From: Marinicella sp.
Lineage (GTDB): Bacteria; Pseudomonadota; Gammaproteobacteria; Xanthomonadales; Marinicellaceae
DNA: 64,000 nucleotides
Direction of reading: 5' to 3'
Assembly: GCA_965230295.1 (NCBI GenBank)
Contig: OZ246001.1
Location: 736,001-800,000, forward strand
The stretch's first letter is position 1, and each line of letters begins with the position of its first letter. Made by a program: the position numbers and the translations under genes. Positions 19,117 through 28,395 of the stretch are shown in pieces. The notes beneath the pieces were generated by a model, which saw nothing but the letters and a program-made list of their open reading frames with translations, had not been told where the DNA came from and ran no database searches.

Positions 19117-20649
19117 ATGCGAAACAATCCACTCTGGGATCAACTAACTGAACTGGCCGAACAAGCTGAATTGAGAAATTTATCCCGCTTGTGGCAAAAC
19201 CCTGAAAGGCATCAGGCTTTGGTATTTGAGCATGAAAACATTTACCTGGATTTATCCAAAAACTGGATTGATGAAAAGGTGTTGTCAACACTGTGCCAAT
19301 TGGCTGAACATGCACAACTGCAAGCTGCGATTGAAAACCTGTTTACTGGTCAAGTGGTCAATACCACTGATCAATTACCCGCCACCCACACCACATTAAG
19401 AGACCCAGATCACCCCAACTACCAGCGCAACACGGATGCCATTTTTGAACTGGCTGATCAAGTCAATACCGGTCAAGTTAAAACAGCCTTTGGAAAATCA
19501 GTGAAACAATTGGTTAACATCGGCATCGGTGGCTCCTACCTTGGACCACGTTTGGTCGTCGAGGCCTTGACCGAACTACAAAGCGAAAGTCGCATACCTG
19601 TCTACTTTGCTGCCAGTGTTGATGATTCGTTGATCAATCAACTGTTCAAATCAATTGATATTGAACATTGTTTATTTTGTATCAGCTCTAAAAGTTTCTC
19701 AACGGTTGAAACTTTGATGAATGCCCGCGCCATTCAAGCCAAACTCAAACAAATTCCAGGCTATGCACCTAACCCATCACAAAGTTCATTGATGGCCATC
19801 ACAGCCAACCAAACCAGGGCACAACAAGCAGGCATACCTGCTCACATGATCTTGCCATTCGATCAATCAGTAGGTGGGCGCTTTTCACTGTGGTCTGCCA
19901 TTGGTTTCCCCATTGTCTTGGCTGCTGGGAAACAACAGTTTGAGGAGCTTCTTGTAGGGGCTCATGTTATGGATGAGCATTATCGTCATGAATCATTTGA
20001 ACAAAATATTCCGGTACTGATGGCTCTGATTTCTATCTGGTACAGAAATTTTATGGGTCTATCGGCCTACAGTTGTTTACCTTATGATGCCAGGTTACGC
20101 AGTTTGCCAAAATGGCTTCAACAACTGATGATGGAAAGCGCAGGCAAGATGCACAACATCCATGGAGATGTCATTAATTACCCAACCACCCCTTGGGTGT
20201 TTGGCGACCATGGACAATTGTCACAACATGCTTTTTTCCAGGCATTTCATCAAGGTGTTGACGCCCTCCCACTCGATTTCATAGGTGTACTGGAACACAA
20301 GTCCCCCAGTCAGGACTTTTTGTTGTTCAATCTGATTGCCCAAGGCGCAGCTTTGATGCAGGGCAAGGAAGAAGACCACAGCATGAAAGGCTGCCCGGGG
20401 AATAAGCCCAGTACCACTTTGCTGCTCAAGAATTTGTCGGCCAAATCCGTCGGACAATTGCTTGCCATGTATGAACACATGATCTATACCCAGTCAGTGA
20501 TTTGGAACATCAACTGTTTTGACCAACCCGGTGTTGAACTTGGCAAGGCCATTGCCAGAGACATCCAGGAACATGTTGAAAATAACACTTTAAATGAGAT
20601 GGCATTGGACCCATCTACCATGGCACTGATTAAGAAAGTGATGGAATAA
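19117..20649 (+). CDS. pgi: Glucose-6-phosphate isomerase
   Basis: NIGIGGSYLG, SSKSFST.ET, VGGRFSLWS, QQL.MES.GK, QHAFFQ, FDQPGVELGK. Confidence 0.95.
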   Translation: MRNNPLWDQLTELAEQAELRNLSRLWQNPERHQALVFEHENIYLDLSKNWIDEKVLSTLCQLAEHAQLQAAIENLFTGQVVNTTDQLPATHTTLRDPDHPNYQRNTDAIFELADQVNTGQVKTAFGKSVKQLVNIGIGGSYLGPRLVVEALTELQSESRIPVYFAASVDDSLINQLFKSIDIEHCLFCISSKSFSTVETLMNARAIQAKLKQIPGYAPNPSQSSLMAITANQTRAQQAGIPAHMILPFDQSVGGRFSLWSAIGFPIVLAAGKQQFEELLVGAHVMDEHYRHESFEQNIPVLMALISIWYRNFMGLSAYSCLPYDARLRSLPKWLQQLMMESAGKMHNIHGDVINYPTTPWVFGDHGQLSQHAFFQAFHQGVDALPLDFIGVLEHKSPSQDFLLFNLIAQGAALMQGKEEDHSMKGCPGNKPSTTLLLKNLSAKSVGQLLAMYEHMIYTQSVIWNINCFDQPGVELGKAIARDIQEHVENNTLNEMALDPSTMALIKKVME

Positions 20650-20654
20650 TAGTT

Positions 20655-21677
20655 ATGACCCACATGCCTGAAAACCATGATCCTGTGACAGGACAAACCA
20701 TAGAGAAATCAATCGACATCAATCGCAAGAAAGGACGAGCAGAGTTTCGCTTTCCAACAGGCGACTTTAAACCCGAGTACCAAGAAGCTTTACAAAACAT
20801 CTGTGAAGTTGATGAAGTGAAATTGTCAGAAACGATCCGCCAACACCAAGTCAAAGAAGGCATCAAGCCCATCAAAGGCGTCAAGAACATCATTGCCGTG
20901 GCCTCTGGCAAAGGCGGCGTTGGTAAGTCAACGATGAGTGTTATGTTGGCCAACAGTCTTCAGCAATTGGGTGCTCGCGTGGGCATTCTAGATGCCGATA
21001 TTTATGGGCCCAGCATCCCGAAAATGCTGGGGGTCAAACAAAAACCAGAATCGCCAGATCAAAAATCTTTCCTCCCCATTGATGCCAATGGCTTACAGAC
21101 CATGTCGCTGGGATACATTTTGGGGGAAAAGGATCCAGCCATATGGCGTGGTGCCATGGTGACCAAAGCCCTGATGCAAATGGTTGAAGACACCCGCTGG
21201 TCAAAATTAGATTATTTGATTATGGACTTACCACCAGGAACTGGTGATATCCAGTTAACCATGATTCAAAAAATCCCTGTGACTGCCGCCGTGTTGGTCA
21301 CCACGCCTCAAGACATTGCCTTGTTGGATGCGCAGAAGGCCTTGGCCATGTTTCAGAAAGTTGAGATCCCGGTATTGGGGGTGATCGAAAACATGAGTAC
21401 ATACGTCTGTGAACAGTGTGGTCACGAAGCACATATTTTTGGCCAGGATGGCGGCCAAAAAATGGCACAAGAATTTGACGTTCCCTTGCTGGGACAGGTG
21501 CCCCTCAATATAAACATCAGAACCCAAATGGATGATGGCCAACCTGATGTCCTGTGGCATACCGAGAGCAATCTGAATGACAAAGCACTAAAGATCGCTT
21601 TGCGAGCAGCTCAAAACCTGGCTAAACTGCCCATTAAATTCAGCCTTACTGACAGTTTAAAATTGCATAAAATCTAA
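20655..21677 (+). CDS. apbC: Fe-S cluster carrier ApbC/Mrp
   Basis: SGKGGVGKST, DADIYGPS, DLPPGTGD, ENMS..CxxC. Confidence 0.95.
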   Translation: MTHMPENHDPVTGQTIEKSIDINRKKGRAEFRFPTGDFKPEYQEALQNICEVDEVKLSETIRQHQVKEGIKPIKGVKNIIAVASGKGGVGKSTMSVMLANSLQQLGARVGILDADIYGPSIPKMLGVKQKPESPDQKSFLPIDANGLQTMSLGYILGEKDPAIWRGAMVTKALMQMVEDTRWSKLDYLIMDLPPGTGDIQLTMIQKIPVTAAVLVTTPQDIALLDAQKALAMFQKVEIPVLGVIENMSTYVCEQCGHEAHIFGQDGGQKMAQEFDVPLLGQVPLNINIRTQMDDGQPDVLWHTESNLNDKALKIALRAAQNLAKLPIKFSLTDSLKLHKI

Positions 21678-21722
21678 ATGTTGAACTTGTTTAACCAACC
21701 AATCAAATGAATTAAAAAAACT

Positions 21723-22292
21723 ATGAGCATAAAATCAGACAAATGGATTCGCCGCATGGCTGAAGAACACAACATGATCAACCCTTTTGAACCCAATCAA
21801 GTTCGAACCACAGCCCGCAACAACAAGATCATTTCTTACGGTACTTCCAGTTATGGTTATGATGTGCGATGTTCAGATGAATTTAAAATTTTTCACAACA
21901 TCAACTCTTCGATCGTTGACCCCAAAAAGTTTGATCGAAAAAGCTTTGTAGACGTCAAGTCTGATGTTTGTATCATCCCTCCGAACTCCTTCTGTTTGGC
22001 TCGTACCGTTGAACACATCAAGATTCCACGTAATGTTTTGACCATTTGTTTGGGCAAATCGACTTATGCGCGCTGTGGCATCATCGTCAACGTTACCCCA
22101 CTTGAACCAGAGTGGGAAGGACATGTGACATTAGAGTTTTCAAACACCACACCCTTACCAGCTAAGATTTATGCCAATGAAGGTGTGGCCCAATTCTTAT
22201 TCTTTGAGTCAGATGAAGTGTGTGATGTGTCATATAAAGACCGAGGTGGTAAGTACCAGGGCCAGCAAGGTGTCACATTACCCAAGGCCTGA
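21723..22292 (+). CDS. dcd: dCTP deaminase
   Basis: [44 protein letters not shown]. Confidence 0.97.
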   Translation: MSIKSDKWIRRMAEEHNMINPFEPNQVRTTARNNKIISYGTSSYGYDVRCSDEFKIFHNINSSIVDPKKFDRKSFVDVKSDVCIIPPNSFCLARTVEHIKIPRNVLTICLGKSTYARCGIIVNVTPLEPEWEGHVTLEFSNTTPLPAKIYANEGVAQFLFFESDEVCDVSYKDRGGKYQGQQGVTLPKA

Positions 22293-23059
22293 TGCAAATC
22301 AACCTGATCGGCAGTGGCTGGTTGGCTAAACCACTGGCCCAACACTTACTTACCGTTGGACATCGGGTATGGGTCACCACCACACAAACAGAAAAAATCG
22401 CAGAATTGGAGGCAGTTAACCTGCGTGTTCTGCGATATTCGTTGGGTGATCAACTGTCAGACCCCAGTCTATTATTCGATACGGATGTGCTGATCATTGC
22501 CATCACCAGTAAAGACCTGGCAGCTTTCAATGTGCTGATGGATCAAATCAACGATTCAGCCTGTAAACACATCGTATTCATCAGCTCCACTTCAGTTTAC
22601 CTTAATGATGGCCAAAGCCATGATGAATCCAGTGAGGCTTTGAACCATGACAACCCATTACTGCAAATCGAAAGGTTGATCCAGACTCATCCCTCAACCA
22701 CCATCATTCGCATGGCCGGGCTGGTTGGGCCAGGCAGACACCCTGGTCGATTCTTCCAACACGGCAAGGTGCTGAAAAACCCAAACGCAGCTGTTAACTT
22801 AATTCACCTGGATGATTGCATCGGTGTCATAGAATCAGTAATTGAACACAATGCATGGAATGAAATCATCAATGCTTGTGCCAACACCCATCCTGATAAA
22901 ATCACCTTCTACACAGCCATGGCCAATCAAATGGGTTTACCGGCGCCCATTTGTGAAGAGGATACCGATGGCAGCTTTAAAATCATTGCGAACAACAAAC
23001 TGGAAAACACTTTGAAGTATGCATTGATTCATGCTGACGTCATGAAAATGAAATTCTAA
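22292..23059 (+). CDS. NAD(P)-dependent epimerase/dehydratase-like atypical SDR (YeeZ-like)
   Basis: IGSGWLA, FISSTSVY, R.AGLVGPGRHP, VNLIH.DD. Confidence 0.85.
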   Translation: MQINLIGSGWLAKPLAQHLLTVGHRVWVTTTQTEKIAELEAVNLRVLRYSLGDQLSDPSLLFDTDVLIIAITSKDLAAFNVLMDQINDSACKHIVFISSTSVYLNDGQSHDESSEALNHDNPLLQIERLIQTHPSTTIIRMAGLVGPGRHPGRFFQHGKVLKNPNAAVNLIHLDDCIGVIESVIEHNAWNEIINACANTHPDKITFYTAMANQMGLPAPICEEDTDGSFKIIANNKLENTLKYALIHADVMKMKF

Positions 23060-23095
23060 AAAAAACCATCAAACTGAATGTTTGATGGTTTTTTT
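23058..23095. terminator. Bidirectional intrinsic terminator
   Basis: AAAAAAACCATCAAAC-TGAAT-GTTTGATGGTTTTTTT. Confidence 0.85.
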
Positions 23096-23117
23096 GGATG
23101 CAGCTGTTTAATGTGTG

Positions 23118-23324
23118 TTATTCAGCAGGTTCCTCTTTGTTGGCATTGCCAATATTGAATAACAACAAACCCAAACCTATCTCAATATAAGATGAGTATT
23201 TCCACAATAAATCAGGCAATGTAACACCTAATCTTCCCCATAAATCAAAGCCTGCATAACTTCCAATCAAGTCTACAGCGCCCATCACGATCAACAAAAT
23301 ACCAATAATTTTTAATGCTTTCAT
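23118..23324 (-). CDS. Small two-helix membrane protein
   Basis: 68 aa with two hydrophobic segments; AGGA-type RBS upstream; ends near the terminator. Confidence 0.7.
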   Translation of the reverse strand: MKALKIIGILLIVMGAVDLIGSYAGFDLWGRLGVTLPDLLWKYSSYIEIGLGLLLFNIGNANKEEPAE

Positions 23325-23469
23325 AGCGTTCTCTGTCCTTTATTTGATGTTGAGTGGAGGTGTTAGAATAACCCCCTGCAATTTCAAAAGGTACCCCTTG
23401 TACCCACTGAAGCCAATTGATTATAAAGCAATTTTCTGAACAACGGTTTAAAAAATCTATTTAACCATT

Positions 23470-23790
23470 GTCAAGACTCATCACACGACAAACCGTGTGG
23501 AAATACTCTAGAACCAAAATTGGAGAACTGTCGGACAGTTTGGCCGGCGCAGGTAATGAAAGCATGGTGGTTTACCTGAAAGGTAATAAGACTTGCTTGA
23601 ATACCGTAGCGCGTGCACTCGGTTGGCGAAGCCTTGCTGGTCGCTTCCGCATCCTGCTCATGCGACAGACCTACATCCCTGTAGGCCAGCCAGAGAGTGC
23701 AAGCCCGAAGTAGCAAGCCATGTCCGACGAGGCCGCTTTCACTTTTGTCAGGAATAGACATCCGAAGTGAGCAAACGCGAACTTGAGGTC
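23470..23790 (+). ncRNA. Large structured non-coding element of unknown family
   Basis: Many nested stems; GC-richer than the flanks; shares the CATGGTGG..GAAGCCTTG core with the repeats at 25.7-26.1 kb. Confidence 0.5.
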
Positions 23791-23880
23791 AAATAAGAGT
23801 TAGAAGATGCTGGTTTTTTTGTGCAACAAAAAAGAAGGCATTTCTAACCATTCTCCAGAATGAAGTCCCAAGGACATTCA

Positions 23881-25167
23881 TTAATATACGATGGCTTTGA
23901 TCTGTGCTTCCAACTCTGCCACCAACTCAACATGGTGTTGTCCAGTACCTGGACCAGCAAAACCAGAATGTACATTGACTACTTGGTGGTTGCGATCTAA
24001 GAATATACTGGTGGGGTAAGCCACCACCCGATCCAGAAAACCCAACACCTTGGCCGCTTCTTTTTTGTCATTGATTCCGGCACGCAGTAAGGGGTATTCG
24101 ATACCAAAACGCTTTTTGAATTCACCCATCTGTTTTTTATCTCGAGCCACATCTTCGGTAAACTCAAAAGCCAGACCCACAATTTCTAAACCATCTTTGT
24201 GGTACTTGTTATAAAAATCAACCAACACAGGCGCCTCGTCATTACAATTTGGACACCAGGTCCCAAATAAGTTGATCAAGACAGGTTTGCCTTGAAAGCG
24301 TTCATCAGTTAATTGAACCAGTTGGCCATTGAGGTCTTCAAAGGCAAAAGAAACGGAGTTATCTTCAGTGGTGATTTCAACCATATCCCAACTGTCTGGT
24401 AACACCGCATAAGCATCCTCATCCAATTGTGCTGTCCAACTGGCATAATAGGTGTCCCTGGACCAAAACCCACCTTTCAATTGCCCGTCATTCAATGTGG
24501 CATCAAACAAAAAAGCATGGGCACCATCAAAAGCCGATAACTTCAAAGAACCATCTATGGCATGGCCTGCTAAGAATCGATAGTCTCCAGTAGGGGTTAA
24601 AAACGTACCATTCACTTTCTGACCATTTTGTTGAAATTCACCCACACCAACCGATGTTCCATCTTCGTCAATAAATTCAGCTTGCCAAACGCCTTCTACT
24701 ACAGTCTCAACACTGTTATCTGTCGCCACTTCAAACCGATATGGAAATCCTTTGGTTGCCGAGAAGGGTAACTTTGATATTTTTCCAGGCGCTGTTTTTG
24801 ACCATTCACCAGCCATTTGTTGACCAGACACATCTATCTTGGCCTTGATTCGGGCATCATACCAACTGAACTGGATTTCGATGTCTTGACCATTCATGAC
24901 CACTGCAGATGTATCCACCCGTTCAGGACCATTGAGTATTTTAGCGGTATAGCCATCTTGACCTTTGGCCAGTTGAATACCAAAAGGCAACTCACCGCCC
25001 GGAGATTGCAGCACACCACGCCATAAACCAGCGATGCTGGGCTGCATAGGGACAGCGGCCAATTGAGACTCTTGTTCTTTAGGCTGTGACTGGGTCACTG
25101 GTTGATTTTCTTTGGAATCACAGGCCAGTAACATGACAAACATTATCAGTGGGATTAATTTTTTCAT
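23881..25167 (-). CDS. TlpA-family thiol-disulfide oxidoreductase lipoprotein with N-terminal beta domains
   Basis: Lipobox LLAC; WCPNC; YPTSIFLDR. Confidence 0.85.
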   Translation of the reverse strand: MKKLIPLIMFVMLLACDSKENQPVTQSQPKEQESQLAAVPMQPSIAGLWRGVLQSPGGELPFGIQLAKGQDGYTAKILNGPERVDTSAVVMNGQDIEIQFSWYDARIKAKIDVSGQQMAGEWSKTAPGKISKLPFSATKGFPYRFEVATDNSVETVVEGVWQAEFIDEDGTSVGVGEFQQNGQKVNGTFLTPTGDYRFLAGHAIDGSLKLSAFDGAHAFLFDATLNDGQLKGGFWSRDTYYASWTAQLDEDAYAVLPDSWDMVEITTEDNSVSFAFEDLNGQLVQLTDERFQGKPVLINLFGTWCPNCNDEAPVLVDFYNKYHKDGLEIVGLAFEFTEDVARDKKQMGEFKKRFGIEYPLLRAGINDKKEAAKVLGFLDRVVAYPTSIFLDRNHQVVNVHSGFAGPGTGQHHVELVAELEAQIKAIVY

Positions 25168-25304
25168 AAGAATAGGAGTCAAATACGATGAATTCATTAC
25201 ATTATAAGTATTTTATTTGGGCTAAAAGCTTTTTCACTGGCAAAATAATTAAAATATATAAAGCCACAGTGTGTTGGTATAACCCGGATTAAGAACTGTT
25301 TAAT

Positions 25305-25706
25305 ATGACCATGACCAAGCATCAAAGACCATATGACAAGCTAAAATGTCGGCTCGTTTTGGTTATGATGTCTTTGAGCCTGTTGAGTTCCTGCAAGCAT
25401 GATCGGTATATAGTGGTGGTCATCAACAACACCGATCAAACCATAAATCATGTCACCATGTGGTATGACGACATGCCTTTCAAATATGAAACCATCAAAT
25501 CCAAAACAAAAGAAACCGGGATTTTTGAACAACACCGTTTAACTGATCAAATTAAACTGACCTGGACCGATCAAAACAACATCGAACACTCACAGACGTT
25601 TGACACATTTAAATTCGTTCCTAAAAACTATGACAATGGACGGATACACCTCAAATATCACTCTGACAACCAATTCACCATGTCTTTTGACAACACCGCC
25701 TTCTAA
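25305..25706 (+). CDS. Hypothetical lipoprotein
   Basis: Hydrophobic stretch with LSSC lipobox; beta-rich mature region. Confidence 0.6.
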   Translation: MTMTKHQRPYDKLKCRLVLVMMSLSLLSSCKHDRYIVVVINNTDQTINHVTMWYDDMPFKYETIKSKTKETGIFEQHRLTDQIKLTWTDQNNIEHSQTFDTFKFVPKNYDNGRIHLKYHSDNQFTMSFDNTAF

Positions 25707-25719
25707 AATAAACAACCAA

Positions 25720-26135
25720 CTCTTGGAAAGCCACTAAGTAGATAACCCGTTGAGACGGGTAGGCAAATCATATAACCATGGCGGTTTTGCGTAGCAAAGA
25801 AGCCTTGATTATATGATTGATAAACCGTGAGCTTCCGCAAGTCAGAAGCTCACTCATCTAAGATTACCCCATTCATGGTGGTTTTTGCCAACAACAGAAA
25901 CCTTGATTGGGTTACAAATAATGTGAGCAGTTGGCGAGCTCCTGCGAGTCAGAAGCTCACTCATCTAAGACCACCCCATTCATGGTGGTTTTTGCCAAAG
26001 GCAAAAGAAGCCTTGAATGGGTTACAAATAATGTGAGCCGTTGGCGAGCTCCTGCGAGTCAGAAGCTCACTCATCTAAGACCACCCCATTCATGGTGGTT
26101 TTTGCCAAAGGCAAAAGAAGCCTTGAATGGGTTAC
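25720..26135 (+). repeat. Array of structured repeats: two near-identical 110-bp units plus two diverged partial copies
   Basis: 25916-26025 and 26026-26135 differ at one base; diverged copies at about 25766-25818 and 25827-25915. Confidence 0.92.
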
Positions 26136-28243
26136 TTTAACTGGGTCCAAAGGTGCGTATAAGCCAGCGCCAGTCGTTCGGCCAATTGTTCATTGGTGCT
26201 TGAACCACCGTGCCCACCTTCGGTATTTTCATAGTACCAAATCGGGTAACCGTAGGACATCATCTTGGCAGCCATTTTTCTGGCATGTCCAGGATGCACA
26301 CGATCATCACGGGTTGATGTATAAAAGAAGGTTGCTGGATAATCGGTTTCGGGTTTCAAGTTTTGGTAAGGGCTGTATTCCTTGATAAATGCCCATTGTT
26401 CCGGAATGTCTGGGTTGCCATACTCGCCCATCCAACTGGCACCCGCCAACAACTTGTTGTAGCGATACATATCCAATAAAGGGACACCGCATATCACAGC
26501 ACCGTAAAGGTCTGGTCTTCTGGTCATGGTGGCACCAACCAACAGCCCGCCGTTAGAACGACCTTCTATGCCCAAATGCTGAGGAGAAGTGATTTTTCGT
26601 TTGATCAAGTCTTCTGCCACTGCTTCAAAATCCTCATAGGATTTGGTGCGGTTTTCTAACAAGGCGGCTTTGTGCCATTTAGGGCCATAAGCACCACCAC
26701 CACGGATATTGGCTGATACAAACACACCGCCTCTGTCCAGCCACAACTTGCCATATGCACCTTCCAAGGCTTCATACGACCCCGAATACGAAGGTGTTAA
26801 CGAATTCCTGAATCCGCCATAAGAAAAGATGTGTGTGGGGTTACTGCCATCAAACTTTGTGCCCTGATTCATCACGATGAAATAAGGTACAAATGTGCCA
26901 TCTGCAGAACGAGCAAAAAATTGTTCTACTTGATAAGGAGATGGATCAAAACTTTGGGCTTGTGACTTAACCGCTTTGGGCTGTAGCGTTTTCCCGTTTA
27001 CGTGATACAGCGTGGGTGGTGTAATGAATGATTCGTATTCAGCAAAGAAGCTGCCGCTGCTGTCATCCACTGCAGTGATACCAATGGCCCCATGATCAGG
27101 AAATTTCACCACTTCAACGTCCCAGCCTTGATCATCTGGTTTATAGACATAAACTTTACTGACCACATCAGACAACATGGTAACGATGATGCTGTCATCT
27201 GCAGTACTGATGCGTTCTATGTTTTCATTGGGTCTTGGGTTTAAAAATACCGACCAATCAGATTTTTCAACCAAAGATTTGCGCCCAGTCAGCACATCAG
27301 GATTGATCATCAACACCATCCCTTCACTGAGAAACTGACCTTGGAATTGCCAGTCCTCTTTCAAGGAAACAATCATTTTCCCTTGGAAAACGCCGCTGAC
27401 AACAGCGGACTGTGGTAAATCAAAGGGCAGTGCTTCGCCATCAATCCATTGGTAGTATTGGCTGGTCCAAAACGAAGTTCCATCAACCAGAAAGTCTTTG
27501 GCATCATCCCCCGTTCCTGTGCGGTAAGCAAATACTGATACTGATTTTTTATCCACCTCCATGAGGGTCTTGGCGTCAGCCAAAGGTGTCCCCCTTTGCC
27601 ACAACTTGACGATTCTGGGGTAGCCAGAGTCGGTCATTGAATCAGGACCAAAATCGGTACCCACAAACAAGTGATCTTTGTCTCGCCAACTGACGCGCAT
27701 TTTTGATTTGGGTAAGTTGAAGCCGCCTTTGATGAATTTTTTGGACTTCATATCAAACTCTTGCATCATCACGGCATCGCCACCACCGGGTGAGATTGAA
27801 ACCAAACAACGTCGGTATTTGGGTGCCAAACAATTCATCCCTTTGAACACCCAGTTTCCTTCATGCTTGGCATTGTATTGATCCATATCCAATACCGTTT
27901 GCCATTTCGGTTGGTCCTTTCGATTGAATTCTTTCAATTTGACTCGACGATAGACACCGCGAGGATTCTTGTCATCTTTCCAATAGTTATAGACCCACTC
28001 ACCTCGTTGGCTGACCGAAGGTATGCGTGATTTGTTGTTCAGGGTAGATAAGGCTTGATCGTACAACTCTTGATAAAGCGGGTTGGCCTTGTATTGATCT
28101 GCAGTGCTTTTATTTTGGGCAAACACCCAGTCCATGGATTTTTCAGCATCCACATCCTCTAGCCACATGAATGGATCATGGTCCGCATCTTTGGCTTGTA
28201 TGCTGAAAGAAAGGAAAAGAGCAAATATTAAAGATTTCTTCAT
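26132..28243 (-). CDS. Secreted prolyl oligopeptidase (S9A)
   Basis: Signal peptide, DPFMWLE, YGGF, NIRGGG, GRSNGG, DDRVHP, GGHG. Confidence 0.93.
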   Translation of the reverse strand: MKKSLIFALFLSFSIQAKDADHDPFMWLEDVDAEKSMDWVFAQNKSTADQYKANPLYQELYDQALSTLNNKSRIPSVSQRGEWVYNYWKDDKNPRGVYRRVKLKEFNRKDQPKWQTVLDMDQYNAKHEGNWVFKGMNCLAPKYRRCLVSISPGGGDAVMMQEFDMKSKKFIKGGFNLPKSKMRVSWRDKDHLFVGTDFGPDSMTDSGYPRIVKLWQRGTPLADAKTLMEVDKKSVSVFAYRTGTGDDAKDFLVDGTSFWTSQYYQWIDGEALPFDLPQSAVVSGVFQGKMIVSLKEDWQFQGQFLSEGMVLMINPDVLTGRKSLVEKSDWSVFLNPRPNENIERISTADDSIIVTMLSDVVSKVYVYKPDDQGWDVEVVKFPDHGAIGITAVDDSSGSFFAEYESFITPPTLYHVNGKTLQPKAVKSQAQSFDPSPYQVEQFFARSADGTFVPYFIVMNQGTKFDGSNPTHIFSYGGFRNSLTPSYSGSYEALEGAYGKLWLDRGGVFVSANIRGGGAYGPKWHKAALLENRTKSYEDFEAVAEDLIKRKITSPQHLGIEGRSNGGLLVGATMTRRPDLYGAVICGVPLLDMYRYNKLLAGASWMGEYGNPDIPEQWAFIKEYSPYQNLKPETDYPATFFYTSTRDDRVHPGHARKMAAKMMSYGYPIWYYENTEGGHGGSSTNEQLAERLALAYTHLWTQLK

Positions 28244-28395
28244 CGTTGTTCTCTGCATCAAAAGAACAAAGATATTAACAGTTTCAAACCTTGATTTCAG
28301 CAGCTAAACAACAGAATCAACGATTCATGACTTGTGGCCTATAGATGAACGCTCTTGGGACTTACCTGTCCACCCTAAGCTCACCCAGCCTAACT

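Noticed and set aside
23468-23761. ORFs 23468-23713 (+) and 23471-23761 (-)
   Set aside because: No recognisable motifs or convincing RBS; they coincide with the GC-rich structured element.
26035-26068. Group II intron domain V look-alike (GAGC..ACGGCTC, 34 nt, minus strand)
   Set aside because: The inner stem and GNRA loop are missing, the ACGG is not kept in the sister copy, and there is no domain VI or RT.
25827-26135. CRISPR array or repeat-encoded peptides (ORFs 25827, 25931, 26041)
   Set aside because: Units are identical end to end with no unique spacers, no cas genes are present, and the 110-bp period shifts frame so the ORFs are by-products.
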